Under the pieces are notes generated by a model. The model ran no database searches. It was not told where the DNA came from and saw nothing but the letters and a program-made list of their open reading frames with translations. 52,228 nucleotides of DNA, taken from positions 1 to 52,228 of the forward strand of contig JANNXQ010000100.1 in NCBI GenBank assembly GCA_031409655.1. The letters run 5' to 3'. This DNA comes from Chthoniobacteraceae bacterium. Its GTDB lineage: Bacteria > Verrucomicrobiota > Verrucomicrobiia > Chthoniobacterales > Chthoniobacteraceae. Positions 10,159 to 18,771 of the stretch are shown here, piece by piece; position 1 is the first letter of the stretch; the number at the start of each line of letters is the position of its first letter. The translations under genes were made by a program, and so were the position numbers.

Positions 10159-12975
10159 TCAGCGTTTGGACTTCCGTTGCGGATGGCGTCGCGTTTGCGG
10201 ATCGTCGGATTGGGCATCGTCCGGCGCGAGGCTCAGGCCGCCGCGGCCGATCACCAGGAAGCTGCTGAAATCCAGGCCGAGCCGCCGCGCGCACAGCTCG
10301 CGCAATTGCGTCGAAGCGTCGAAGAGCGCGCCGCTCAGGTCGGCAAGGCCAGCGGTGAGATCGAGCTCCGGCGCGGCGATCGTCACGGTGCCGGCTTGTG
10401 CGCCGGTGGCGGTGATCGCGGTCTCCGAGGGCAGGAAAAAATCCGTGACGATTTCGATGTTGCCGCCGCGTCCGGCGGCGGCATTGGCGCTGATTTGTGA
10501 GCGATCGAGGATGACGTAGGTGGGGTCGATGAAAATGTTGCCGCCGATGCCGCTCGTGCCGCTGGCTGTGAGCGCCGCGCCGGCTTCGGCTTCGAGGCGG
10601 CTCTGGCTGAGGTAAAGGAGATCGCGGCTCACGAGCGAAATGTTGCCGCCATTGCCGCCGGCGGAAGCGGTGATGCGGCTGCCGCCTTCGAGCGTGATGC
10701 TCTGTGCGTCCAGGATGCTCACGGAACCCGCATCCGACTGGCGCGAGGCGACGCTGAGCCGCGCACCATCGCTCAGTCGCACCGCGCCGCCAGCCGCGAT
10801 TTGCATTGAGCCAGCGCGACCGGCGCCGAGGTTGTTGCTCGAAATCTCCGCGCCGTCTTCCAAAACGAGGTCGCCGCCGACCCGCACGGCCACATCGCCC
10901 GCCGGCCCCGTGGCCGTCTCGCTGCCGCGCGCGAGCACGCCGCTCGGGAAACCAAAACTGCCGCCTGTCGCGGTGAGCGCGCCGGCGCGCACTGCAACGC
11001 TGCCGCCGCGTCCCGAGCCGGCGGTCGCGGCCTCGATTTCGCCGCGATTGCGCAGGACGATAGAGTTGCTCGCGGTCACGGTGACATTACCGCCATTACC
11101 GCTCGAGCTGAGGTCGGCGCGGGCGGAGATGGCCGTGGCCAGCGGCAGCCCAGTGCCGGCGACATCCGCCGCCCCGCGCCCATCGAGCAGGATGCGCTGC
11201 GCGGTCACGTTCACCGAGCCGGCGTCGTTTTCACTCCCCGTGGTTGCTTCGATGATCGCGCCGCCAAGCATCGTTAGCGAAGACGCCGTCACGTCGATCG
11301 AACCGGCGCGCCCATCCCCGCGCTCCTTCGATTGCGCGATGATGCCCGTCTGCACCGACACTGCCGTACCCCGTCCGTCGATGAGCAGGCGACCCGCCGA
11401 GACGCGCACATTGCCGGCATCGCCCGCGCCCTGCGTGCCGGCGACGAGCAAGCCGCCATTGCTCAGCACGAGGCTGCGCGTGGCCGCGAGGGTGAGCGCG
11501 CCGCTGCCGCCCGGCCCAAAGGTCGAGGCGGAAATCGCCCCCGCGCCCGCGACAGAGATTTCCCCGGCGCGCACGCGGAGATTGCCGCCGCGTCCGGTGG
11601 CCGCCTCGTTTTCCTCGGGAGAGAAAATGGGGCTGCCAACATCCACCTGAATCCCACTGCCGGGCACCGCGCTGTCGATCTCGAGCCGGCCCGCGGAGAT
11701 GGCCACCTCGGCGCCGCGTCCGGGACCGAAGGTGCTGCCGGAAATGAATCCGCCGCCAGCGAGGCGCAGCGTGTCGCGCACGGCGATCTGCATGGGGCCG
11801 GCGGGACCTGTATCGGAGCTCTCGCTGCGGATTTGCCCGCCATCGATGAGCAGCGCCCCGGCGCGCAGATCGAGCGCCCCGCCGCGACCCTCGCCTTCGG
11901 CGTCGGTGAAAATCTCTCCGCCCCCGACAACCTCGAGCGCACCGTCGATGCGCAGCGTCAGCCGGCCCGCGTCGCTGGCACTCATCGACTGGCAGATGAG
12001 CGCGGCTTGCGAGGCGACCCGGAGCGCACCGGCTTCGATCGTCAAATCGCCGCCCGCACCGACCGATCGCGTGAGCACGTTGATCGCGGCCCCATCGACC
12101 AGCGAGACACGCTCCGCCTTCACCGCCACATCCCCGCCGCGCACGTCGCCCTGGCCCGTGACATCAATGGTGGACCCGCTGGCGAGCGACAGCCGCCCCG
12201 CGCGGATGACCACCCGGCCGCTGCTCAGGCGGGCCGAGGTGCCATTTTGCAAAGTCACCGCGCCAAACCCGGCGGTGCGCGCGGTGGCATACGCCGCGCC
12301 GGGATTCGTGAGGTCGAATGGGACGGTCTCCTGGCCCGCGGCGCTGAAGAGGGTGAGCCCGCCGGAGGGCACCTGAAACGCGGACGCATCGGCGAGGATA
12401 TCGCCCGCGAGGACATGCAGCCCGGTTCCCGTGGCCTGCAATTCGAGCGACGAGCCCTGGAAAGTCACCGCCGCCGGCTTCACCCCAAAACCGAACGCAC
12501 GCACCGGCGAGGCGCTCAGCACATCGCTGCCGCCGAGCCGGGCGAAAAACTTCCCGGCATCTGCAAAATCCACCCGCTCCGCCGTGCTCACGACGAAGGA
12601 ACCCGTGAGTTCCAGCCGCGCGTTCGACTTGAACATCACGCCATCCGGATTGAGCAGGAAAAGATTCGCCCCCCGGATCGTCGAGCGCACCACGCCGTCG
12701 ATCGTCGAAGCGCCGCCCGTCACCCGCGCGAGGATATTGGCGATCTCACCCGGCCCTTGAAACGTGGCGGACTCGCCGGAGATGAGATCAAACCGATCGA
12801 AGCTATGAAACAAGTTGCCGCCGCGCTGTGCTCCGCCCTCGATGCGGAAATCGAGGCCACTCCGAGTCACCGCCGACCCGAGGCTCGCATCCGGCACCAC
12901 TGCGGCGCCGGCCACCCACGGGAGACCGATACCGAGGACGGCAAGAGGGAGCCAATGGCGGGCTTGGGAATGCAT
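10159..12975 (-). CDS. TpsA-1: filamentous haemagglutinin N-terminal (TPS) domain beta-helix protein
   Basis: Signal peptide (MHSQARHWLPLAVLGIGLPWVAGA), TPS motifs GGNLFHSFDRF, NILARVTGG..STIDG, LLNPDG, G/A/S/T-rich beta-helix repeats, conserved C-terminal CARRLGLDFSSFLVIGRGG tail. Confidence 0.88.
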   Translation of the reverse strand: MHSQARHWLPLAVLGIGLPWVAGAAVVPDASLGSAVTRSGLDFRIEGGAQRGGNLFHSFDRFDLISGESATFQGPGEIANILARVTGGASTIDGVVRSTIRGANLFLLNPDGVMFKSNARLELTGSFVVSTAERVDFADAGKFFARLGGSDVLSASPVRAFGFGVKPAAVTFQGSSLELQATGTGLHVLAGDILADASAFQVPSGGLTLFSAAGQETVPFDLTNPGAAYATARTAGFGAVTLQNGTSARLSSGRVVIRAGRLSLASGSTIDVTGQGDVRGGDVAVKAERVSLVDGAAINVLTRSVGAGGDLTIEAGALRVASQAALICQSMSASDAGRLTLRIDGALEVVGGGEIFTDAEGEGRGGALDLRAGALLIDGGQIRSESSDTGPAGPMQIAVRDTLRLAGGGFISGSTFGPGRGAEVAISAGRLEIDSAVPGSGIQVDVGSPIFSPEENEAATGRGGNLRVRAGEISVAGAGAISASTFGPGGSGALTLAATRSLVLSNGGLLVAGTQGAGDAGNVRVSAGRLLIDGRGTAVSVQTGIIAQSKERGDGRAGSIDVTASSLTMLGGAIIEATTGSENDAGSVNVTAQRILLDGRGAADVAGTGLPLATAISARADLSSSGNGGNVTVTASNSIVLRNRGEIEAATAGSGRGGSVAVRAGALTATGGSFGFPSGVLARGSETATGPAGDVAVRVGGDLVLEDGAEISSNNLGAGRAGSMQIAAGGAVRLSDGARLSVASRQSDAGSVSILDAQSITLEGGSRITASAGGNGGNISLVSRDLLYLSQSRLEAEAGAALTASGTSGIGGNIFIDPTYVILDRSQISANAAAGRGGNIEIVTDFFLPSETAITATGAQAGTVTIAAPELDLTAGLADLSGALFDASTQLRELCARRLGLDFSSFLVIGRGGLSLAPDDAQSDDPQTRRHPQRKSKR

Positions 12976-13050
12976 GGCGGTGCGGCGGAGTTTGGGATCC
13001 CGAATTTCAGCAGCGCGTGGAGCGCCATTCTCGGAGATCACATTGAAAAG

Positions 13051-13070
13051 CTGAAACCTGAAACCTGAAT
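13051..13070. repeat. Short heptamer tandem repeat (CTGAAAC) in the divergent intergenic region
   Basis: ctgaaac ctgaaac ctgaat. Confidence 0.55.
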
Positions 13071-13131
13071 TTAAGCATCGGGAGGCGGATTTTTTCTTCC
13101 CAAAGGGGGCGTCTCCCTTCATACAGCGGCT

Positions 13132-15855
13132 ATGGCACTTGCGAGACAAATCGTGTTTGCGGTCCTGGGGCTGGCGATCCTCTGCGGTGGGTGCCCGGTG
13201 GCGCTGGCTCAGACGGTCGAGATCACGGCGACGGTCGCCCCATTTGGCGGGACGCTCTCGGTCGGAGCGCCCTACAACAAGAGCGGTTCGTCGATTTCAT
13301 TCACCGCGAATGCGGGAGCGGCCATCACGATCACGGCGACCCTCCTCAATCCCACCACCAGCGCATTCGTCAGTTGGACTGAAAATGACGTGGCGCTCAC
13401 CGCGAGTACCGACCTCAATTTTACCACCGCAGCCGGGGTCAACCGTGACTTCGTCGCAAACTTCAACAATCCGCCGCGCCTCGTCTCTGCGAAAAAAATC
13501 CGCAAGCGATCGACCGTCAAGTTCCTCGCCACCTGGATCCCCAATATCGAGGGTGCGGATACATTCCCGGCATTCTACTACGGCCCGACCGTCAACAATC
13601 AGGACGTCATCCAAGCCGAAGACGGCCTCGGCAACCGGGGAATGCGTGGCACTTTTCCGGTCACAGTCTCTGCGATCGTGTCGGGTCTCCCAGCCAGCTA
13701 CACGCTCAAGTGGCGGGCCTTTGCGGGCACCAATGGCATCACGACCAGCGATCCGCCGCAAAACGTCGAGGATCCGAACTACGTCTTCGACGACGGAGTG
13801 GACTTGCCAACGATCGACCTGGACTTCTTTGCGCAGGTCCGGCGCTCGGCCACCAGCGCGACGTTGAGTGCTGACGTCTTACCCGTTCAAAACGAAGCCA
13901 CCGCGGTGCTGGAATACGGGCTTAGTGCTGCTTATGGCTCGACGAGTGGGCCGATCGCATTGACCAGTTTCGGCGACGGCAGTTTGAATTCACGAAGGGT
14001 GGATTTTCTCCTGACCGCCCTGTCGCCCTCGACCACCTACCACTACCGCGTGAAAGCCGACAACCGAGACACGAGCGGCGCGGGCGGAGAGACGGCAACC
14101 GGAGATCGCACCTTTACCACCCTGGCCCGTCCTTACATCGTCGCGGTGAGTGCATCGCCCCCCCATGGAGGCACCGTCAGCGGCGGAGGGATGTTTGCGG
14201 AGTTCGGCGTCGCCACGGTCATTGCGACGCCAAACAGTGGGTTCGCCTTCGTCAACTTCACGGAAGCCGGCGTGCAAGTCTCCACGAGCCGCAACATTAC
14301 CTTCGGGGTGGGTGGGGACAGGACGTTGGTCGCGAACTTTGCCGTGCTCCCTGGGCATCACACGATCGCCGCTTCCGCATCGCCGGCAAACGGCGGGACG
14401 GTGAGCGGCGCGGGAGCCTTCCCGGATGGGCAGAACGTCACCCTCGTCGCGACGCCCAACAGCGGCTTCACTTTTCTCAATTGGACCGAAGGCACCACGA
14501 TCGCCAGCACCACGGCGAGTTACTCTTTTCCGGCCAATGCCGACCGCAACCTGGTCGCCAACTTTATTCCCGTGGGGCAGACTTATTTGCTGACGTTAAG
14601 CGCGACCGGTGATGCAAATGGGTTCATCTTCACCGATCCGGAAGGCGAGTTTGTCGCCGCGCCAGCAGGGGTCCGCCAGCGCCGCTTTCCGGCCGGCACC
14701 GTCGTCTCGCTCGACCCATTCGATGCCCGCGGTTATTTCGTGCGCTGGAGCGACGATGCCTCGGGTAGTGCCGTCCCGCTGGCCGTCACCATGGATCGCG
14801 ATAAGTCGGTCAGCGCGGAGTTTGTCCCGTATGCGGCGGCGGCCGGCACTTATCGGGGCACCATCACCGATGCCACGGGCGCACCCGTGGGCCTGATCGT
14901 GGGCACGGTCACGCGCACCGGGCGTTATACGCTCGTCATCTATCGCCGCGGTCAGATTTTCCGCAGAGCCGGCCCGCTTTTCGACGATGGAAAATTCTCG
15001 GTGTCCATCCTCGATGCGCTCACCAGCCAGAACCTTGAGCTGATCTTCACTTTCAACACGCAAGGATCGGCGATCAGTCTCGAGCAGGTGGTGAATGCTA
15101 CGCGGTCCGCCGCCGGCTCCATCCGCCGGGCCTTCACGCTCTACAGCTCGAAGAACCCCGCGCCCCCGGCGGGACGCTACACCCTGCTCCTGCCCGCCGA
15201 TGCCACCCAGCTCGGGCTCTCCACCTACCCCCAAGGCACCGGCTACGCGACGCTCGTCATTTCAACGACTGGCGTGGTGAGCGTCACGGGGAAAGCCGGG
15301 GACGGCACTGCACTGAGCCTCCGCTCGGCCGTCATCGACCAGGATGATCTCGTGCCCCTCTACACACGGCTGTATGCCTCACCACCCGGCTACCTGGCCG
15401 GCACCCTCGACTTGCGCCGGATCACCGATGCCAGCGATGCGGATGGCCGGCTCCGCTGGCTCAAACCGCCGCAAGTGCGCGTGCAGCCCTATCAAGCAGG
15501 CTTTGTCGGCACCGCGGCCGCGGTCGGATCGCGCTACACCGCGCCGACCCTCGTCGCGCCCGGCAATCTCAGGCTCTCGCAAGGCGGCCTCCTCGGCCCG
15601 CTGCAACGCGCCATCACCGTGCCCCTTCGGTCGGGCGCTGTCGTGCAGATTCCCGGCGAGGAAAAACTGGCGCTCAAATTCAACGCCCTAAACGGCCTCT
15701 TCACCGGCTCGCTCACCCCCGGCGCCCTCGCCAATCCCGCCGACCCACGGCGTCGCTCCATCTCTGGCGCGCTCTTCCAAACCGGGCGGGTCGCCGGCGG
15801 CCTGTTTACTGCGCCGAACGGAACCGGAAAGCTCGAGATCGCCCTCGCGCCCTGA
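13132..15855 (+). CDS. Secreted protein with InlB-B/bacterial Ig-like repeats, an FN3-like domain and an unnamed ~340-aa C-terminal domain
   Basis: Signal peptide ending ...VALA-Q; repeats ASP..GGTVSG.G.F......T..ATPNSGF.F.NWTE...DR.LVANF; FN3-like LTALSPSTTYHYRVKA; C-terminal region from AAAAGTYRG. Confidence 0.8.
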   Translation: MALARQIVFAVLGLAILCGGCPVALAQTVEITATVAPFGGTLSVGAPYNKSGSSISFTANAGAAITITATLLNPTTSAFVSWTENDVALTASTDLNFTTAAGVNRDFVANFNNPPRLVSAKKIRKRSTVKFLATWIPNIEGADTFPAFYYGPTVNNQDVIQAEDGLGNRGMRGTFPVTVSAIVSGLPASYTLKWRAFAGTNGITTSDPPQNVEDPNYVFDDGVDLPTIDLDFFAQVRRSATSATLSADVLPVQNEATAVLEYGLSAAYGSTSGPIALTSFGDGSLNSRRVDFLLTALSPSTTYHYRVKADNRDTSGAGGETATGDRTFTTLARPYIVAVSASPPHGGTVSGGGMFAEFGVATVIATPNSGFAFVNFTEAGVQVSTSRNITFGVGGDRTLVANFAVLPGHHTIAASASPANGGTVSGAGAFPDGQNVTLVATPNSGFTFLNWTEGTTIASTTASYSFPANADRNLVANFIPVGQTYLLTLSATGDANGFIFTDPEGEFVAAPAGVRQRRFPAGTVVSLDPFDARGYFVRWSDDASGSAVPLAVTMDRDKSVSAEFVPYAAAAGTYRGTITDATGAPVGLIVGTVTRTGRYTLVIYRRGQIFRRAGPLFDDGKFSVSILDALTSQNLELIFTFNTQGSAISLEQVVNATRSAAGSIRRAFTLYSSKNPAPPAGRYTLLLPADATQLGLSTYPQGTGYATLVISTTGVVSVTGKAGDGTALSLRSAVIDQDDLVPLYTRLYASPPGYLAGTLDLRRITDASDADGRLRWLKPPQVRVQPYQAGFVGTAAAVGSRYTAPTLVAPGNLRLSQGGLLGPLQRAITVPLRSGAVVQIPGEEKLALKFNALNGLFTGSLTPGALANPADPRRRSISGALFQTGRVAGGLFTAPNGTGKLEIALAP

Positions 15856-15879
15856 CCTTCCAGTGGCGCAGCGCACAAA

Positions 15880-15937
15880 GTAGTCGGGGACTTTAGTCCG
15901 CTCAGGCTGAAGGTGACGGACTGAAGCCCGGGACTAC
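15880..15937. repeat. GTAG-type REP doublet (REPIN-like), copy 1
   Basis: GTAGTCGGGGACTTTAGTCCG ... CGGACTGAAGCCCGGGACTAC, inverted, 24 bp after the stop of the 13132 gene; second copy at 22721-22778. Confidence 0.85.
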
Positions 15938-15951
15938 CTTGCACGGCGCCA

Positions 15952-16070
15952 CCGTGGCCTGCGCTTCCTCCGGATCGAGGCCCTCCCCGCCGCGGGGCCG
16001 ATCACCCGGAAGCTGCTGAAGGCCAGCCCGAGGCGGTGCCTCTCGGTGCCGCCCCTCATGGCGCAATTGA
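15952..16070 (-). pseudogene. Degenerate relic of a tpsA 3' end
   Basis: Minus strand reads QLR...RLGLAFSSFRVIG[+2 nt]RGGEGLDPEEAQA versus TpsA-2 QLREQCARRLGLDFSSFLVIGRGGVSLAPDDAQA. DNA gccgatcacccggaagctgctgaaggccagcccgag closely matches gccgatcacgaggaagctgctgaagtccagcccgag near 18860-18895. Confidence 0.85.
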
Positions 16071-16182
16071 AAATTCCCGCGGTTGCCTTCCCATCCGCAC
16101 CCGCCATCATCGCCGCAGAAAGAACCAAACCCCGCGGGCTTCGCGCGTGACGTTTTGCCCGATCATCCACCTCCACTCCCCC

Positions 16183-18660
16183 ATGAAGACTACCTCCTCC
16201 CTCGAAATCCTCGAAGCCCGCATCGCCCCCGCCGGCATCGTGACCGTCGCCTACAACGCCGGCACCGGCGAACTCACCCTCACCGGCGACACCGCCGACA
16301 ATGAGGTCAACGTCTTCCAGACCGGGGTGGGCACCCACCGCATCGAAGCCATCGGCACCACCACGCTCACGGCCGGTGGGCTCGTTTTTCAGGACATCGG
16401 CAAGCTCACCAAGCTCACCCTCATCGGCGGTGACGGCGGCGACACCTTTGCGCTCGCCAATCTCCGCACGCTCACGGTCCTCTCCTTTGACGGCGGAATC
16501 GGCGACGACGATCTCTCCGGCGACAATCTCAGCGTCAGGGGCGACTTGAACCTCAGCGGGGGCGACGGCTCGGACTTCATGGCCTTCCGCGGGCTCTCCA
16601 CGCTCGTCTCCGGCAATGTCAACGTGACCGATACGGCGGACGGAATGGACGCCGTGTTTGTTGCCCAGAAGACGGCGATCGGCGGCAGTATCCTCGTGAC
16701 GGGCGGCACGGGAGAGGAATTTCTGGCCTTCAGCGCCGTGAGCACGGTGAGCGTGGGCAAGGGCATCAAAGTCACCGACAGTGCTGGCGGCGCGCGGGTG
16801 AATTTCAACACCAAGGAATTGCTCGCGATCGGCAAACTGCCGACCGGGGAGTCGATCTTGTTCACCGGCGGCTCCGGGCAGAACCGCATCGAGTTCTTCG
16901 GGGCGGGTGCCACGCTTGCCGGAGGCATCCGCATGACGGGCGGCGCGCTCGCGGACGCGATCACTTTTCAGAATCGCGAAGGCGCCGTGAAAATCGGCAA
17001 GCTCGCCACGGGCCAGTCGATCTTCTTCGACGCCGGCGCGGACGAAGACTCCATCGCGCTCAGCTCTCCCATCCTCAGCCTGGCGGGAGGACTCGAATTC
17101 GTCGGCGGCGATGGAGAGAACACGGTGGGTCTCGAAGCCCCGAACGGGAAGACGACGATCGGCAAGCTCGCCACAGGCCAGTCGATCAAATTCACCGGCG
17201 GCGCCGACATCGACACCCTCAGCACTGCCAGCGCGGCGCTCACCCTGGCCGGCGGCATCGACTTTGCCGGTGGCGCGGACGAGAACACCGTGAGCCTCTC
17301 CGGCCCCAACGGCTCGGTCAAAATCGGCAAGCTCGCCACCGGCCAGTCCATCAAGTACCTCGGCGGCGCCGCCGACGATTTCCTGCTGACCGACGTGGCG
17401 CACCTCACCACCGCCGGGGGAATTGAGTTCGCGGGCGGCGACGGCGCGAACATCGTCTATCTCCGGGGCGGCAATGGCGACGTCGTCCTCGGCAAGCTCG
17501 TCGCGGGCCAGTCGGTCCTCTACTCTGGCGGCACGGGCGCTGACGATTTGCGCTCCGACCAACCCAGCGTGGTCATGGCGGGCGGCATCGAATTCACCGG
17601 CGGCGACGGAACCAACGCAATCAACTTCGACAATGGCGGGCTCGTGAAATTCGGGACGATCGCAAGCGGCCAGTCGGTGAAGCAAACGGGCGGAGCGGGC
17701 GACGACCGGCTCGTGCTCGGAGGCCGCCTCGTACTGCTGAAAGGCTCGGTGGAATTGACGGGCGGCGACGGTGGCAACCTGCTCGATCTCGACGGTGCCG
17801 CAGTCTCCGTCGGCAAGACCGCCGCGGGCGTCTCCGTCCTGCTCACCGGCGGCACCGGCGCCGATACGATCGACCTGGCCGACAATCTCACGCTCGGCGG
17901 CGCGCTGACGCTCGATGGCGGCGCCGGCAGCGATTTCCTCGATCTCGACAGCCTCAAGACCTTCAAGGCGATGGGCGCTGTGACCCTCACCGGCGGCGCC
18001 GGCGACGACACCCTGGACCTGCAGGCCGTCGCGCTCACCCTCGGGAGCACCCTCACCGTGACCGGCGGCGACGACTCTGACAGCGTCAACATCGACGCGG
18101 AGGGTTCCATCGCCGGGAATGTGACCCTCGACCTCGGGGCCGCGACCGCGGGCGATCAATCCGCGACGCTCACCGGGAAATTCGGACTGCCCGGCGCGCT
18201 CGTGCTCAAGGGCGCGCTCACCGTGACCGGAACCGGCGCCGCCGCGACCACCGACACGCTCGCCCTGCTCAACGTGGCCGTCGCCAAAGCGATCAACGCT
18301 TCCCTGGGGGCCGGCGCGAGCAGCGTCTTCATCGACAACTTGCGCGCTGGTGACACGCTCACCCTCGCGACCAATGATGGCGCCGACCTCGTGGAGGTCG
18401 AGCGCGTCCTCTTCTTCGGCAACTCCACCATCGCCAAGCTCGCCACCATCCTCGCCGGCGCCGGCGACGACCAGGTGCTCATCGGCAACCCGCTGCCCGC
18501 GCCGAACAGCGGCGCTACCGACAGTACCCGCGTGCGCTTCCTCGGTGGCCTCACCGTGGACGGCGGCGCGGACAGTGACACACGCAACGCCATCGCCGGA
18601 GAAAACGACTTCCCCGGCGGCGCGCCGACGGTGACGGGCTTCGAGGTCGTGGTCGTCTGA
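16183..18660 (+). CDS. Extracellular beta-solenoid repeat protein with LExRIAPA (LEPR-XLL-like) leader
   Basis: Begins MKTTSSLEILEARIAPA with no hydrophobic signal peptide; 55-aa repeats (IGKLATGQSI.F.GG...D...L....L.LAGGI.F.GG.G.N) with 165-bp period at 16831, 16996, 17161, 17326, 17491; GGxGxD nonapeptide-like motifs. Confidence 0.85.
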   Translation: MKTTSSLEILEARIAPAGIVTVAYNAGTGELTLTGDTADNEVNVFQTGVGTHRIEAIGTTTLTAGGLVFQDIGKLTKLTLIGGDGGDTFALANLRTLTVLSFDGGIGDDDLSGDNLSVRGDLNLSGGDGSDFMAFRGLSTLVSGNVNVTDTADGMDAVFVAQKTAIGGSILVTGGTGEEFLAFSAVSTVSVGKGIKVTDSAGGARVNFNTKELLAIGKLPTGESILFTGGSGQNRIEFFGAGATLAGGIRMTGGALADAITFQNREGAVKIGKLATGQSIFFDAGADEDSIALSSPILSLAGGLEFVGGDGENTVGLEAPNGKTTIGKLATGQSIKFTGGADIDTLSTASAALTLAGGIDFAGGADENTVSLSGPNGSVKIGKLATGQSIKYLGGAADDFLLTDVAHLTTAGGIEFAGGDGANIVYLRGGNGDVVLGKLVAGQSVLYSGGTGADDLRSDQPSVVMAGGIEFTGGDGTNAINFDNGGLVKFGTIASGQSVKQTGGAGDDRLVLGGRLVLLKGSVELTGGDGGNLLDLDGAAVSVGKTAAGVSVLLTGGTGADTIDLADNLTLGGALTLDGGAGSDFLDLDSLKTFKAMGAVTLTGGAGDDTLDLQAVALTLGSTLTVTGGDDSDSVNIDAEGSIAGNVTLDLGAATAGDQSATLTGKFGLPGALVLKGALTVTGTGAAATTDTLALLNVAVAKAINASLGAGASSVFIDNLRAGDTLTLATNDGADLVEVERVLFFGNSTIAKLATILAGAGDDQVLIGNPLPAPNSGATDSTRVRFLGGLTVDGGADSDTRNAIAGENDFPGGAPTVTGFEVVVV

Positions 18661-18771
18661 ACCGGACAGTCGGCCCACCGCCTTGCCATGTGTGTCCGCC
18701 TCCGGCGCGATCACATGGGTGGGCGATTGCAAATCGCCGCTCCTCGCGCCTCGCGTGCTTCCACGCGCCTC

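Noticed and set aside
15934..18732. 932-aa minus-strand ORF
   Set aside because: Antisense shadow of the 16183-18660 gene caused by GC-rich codon bias; only its last codons are informative, as the tpsA tail relic.
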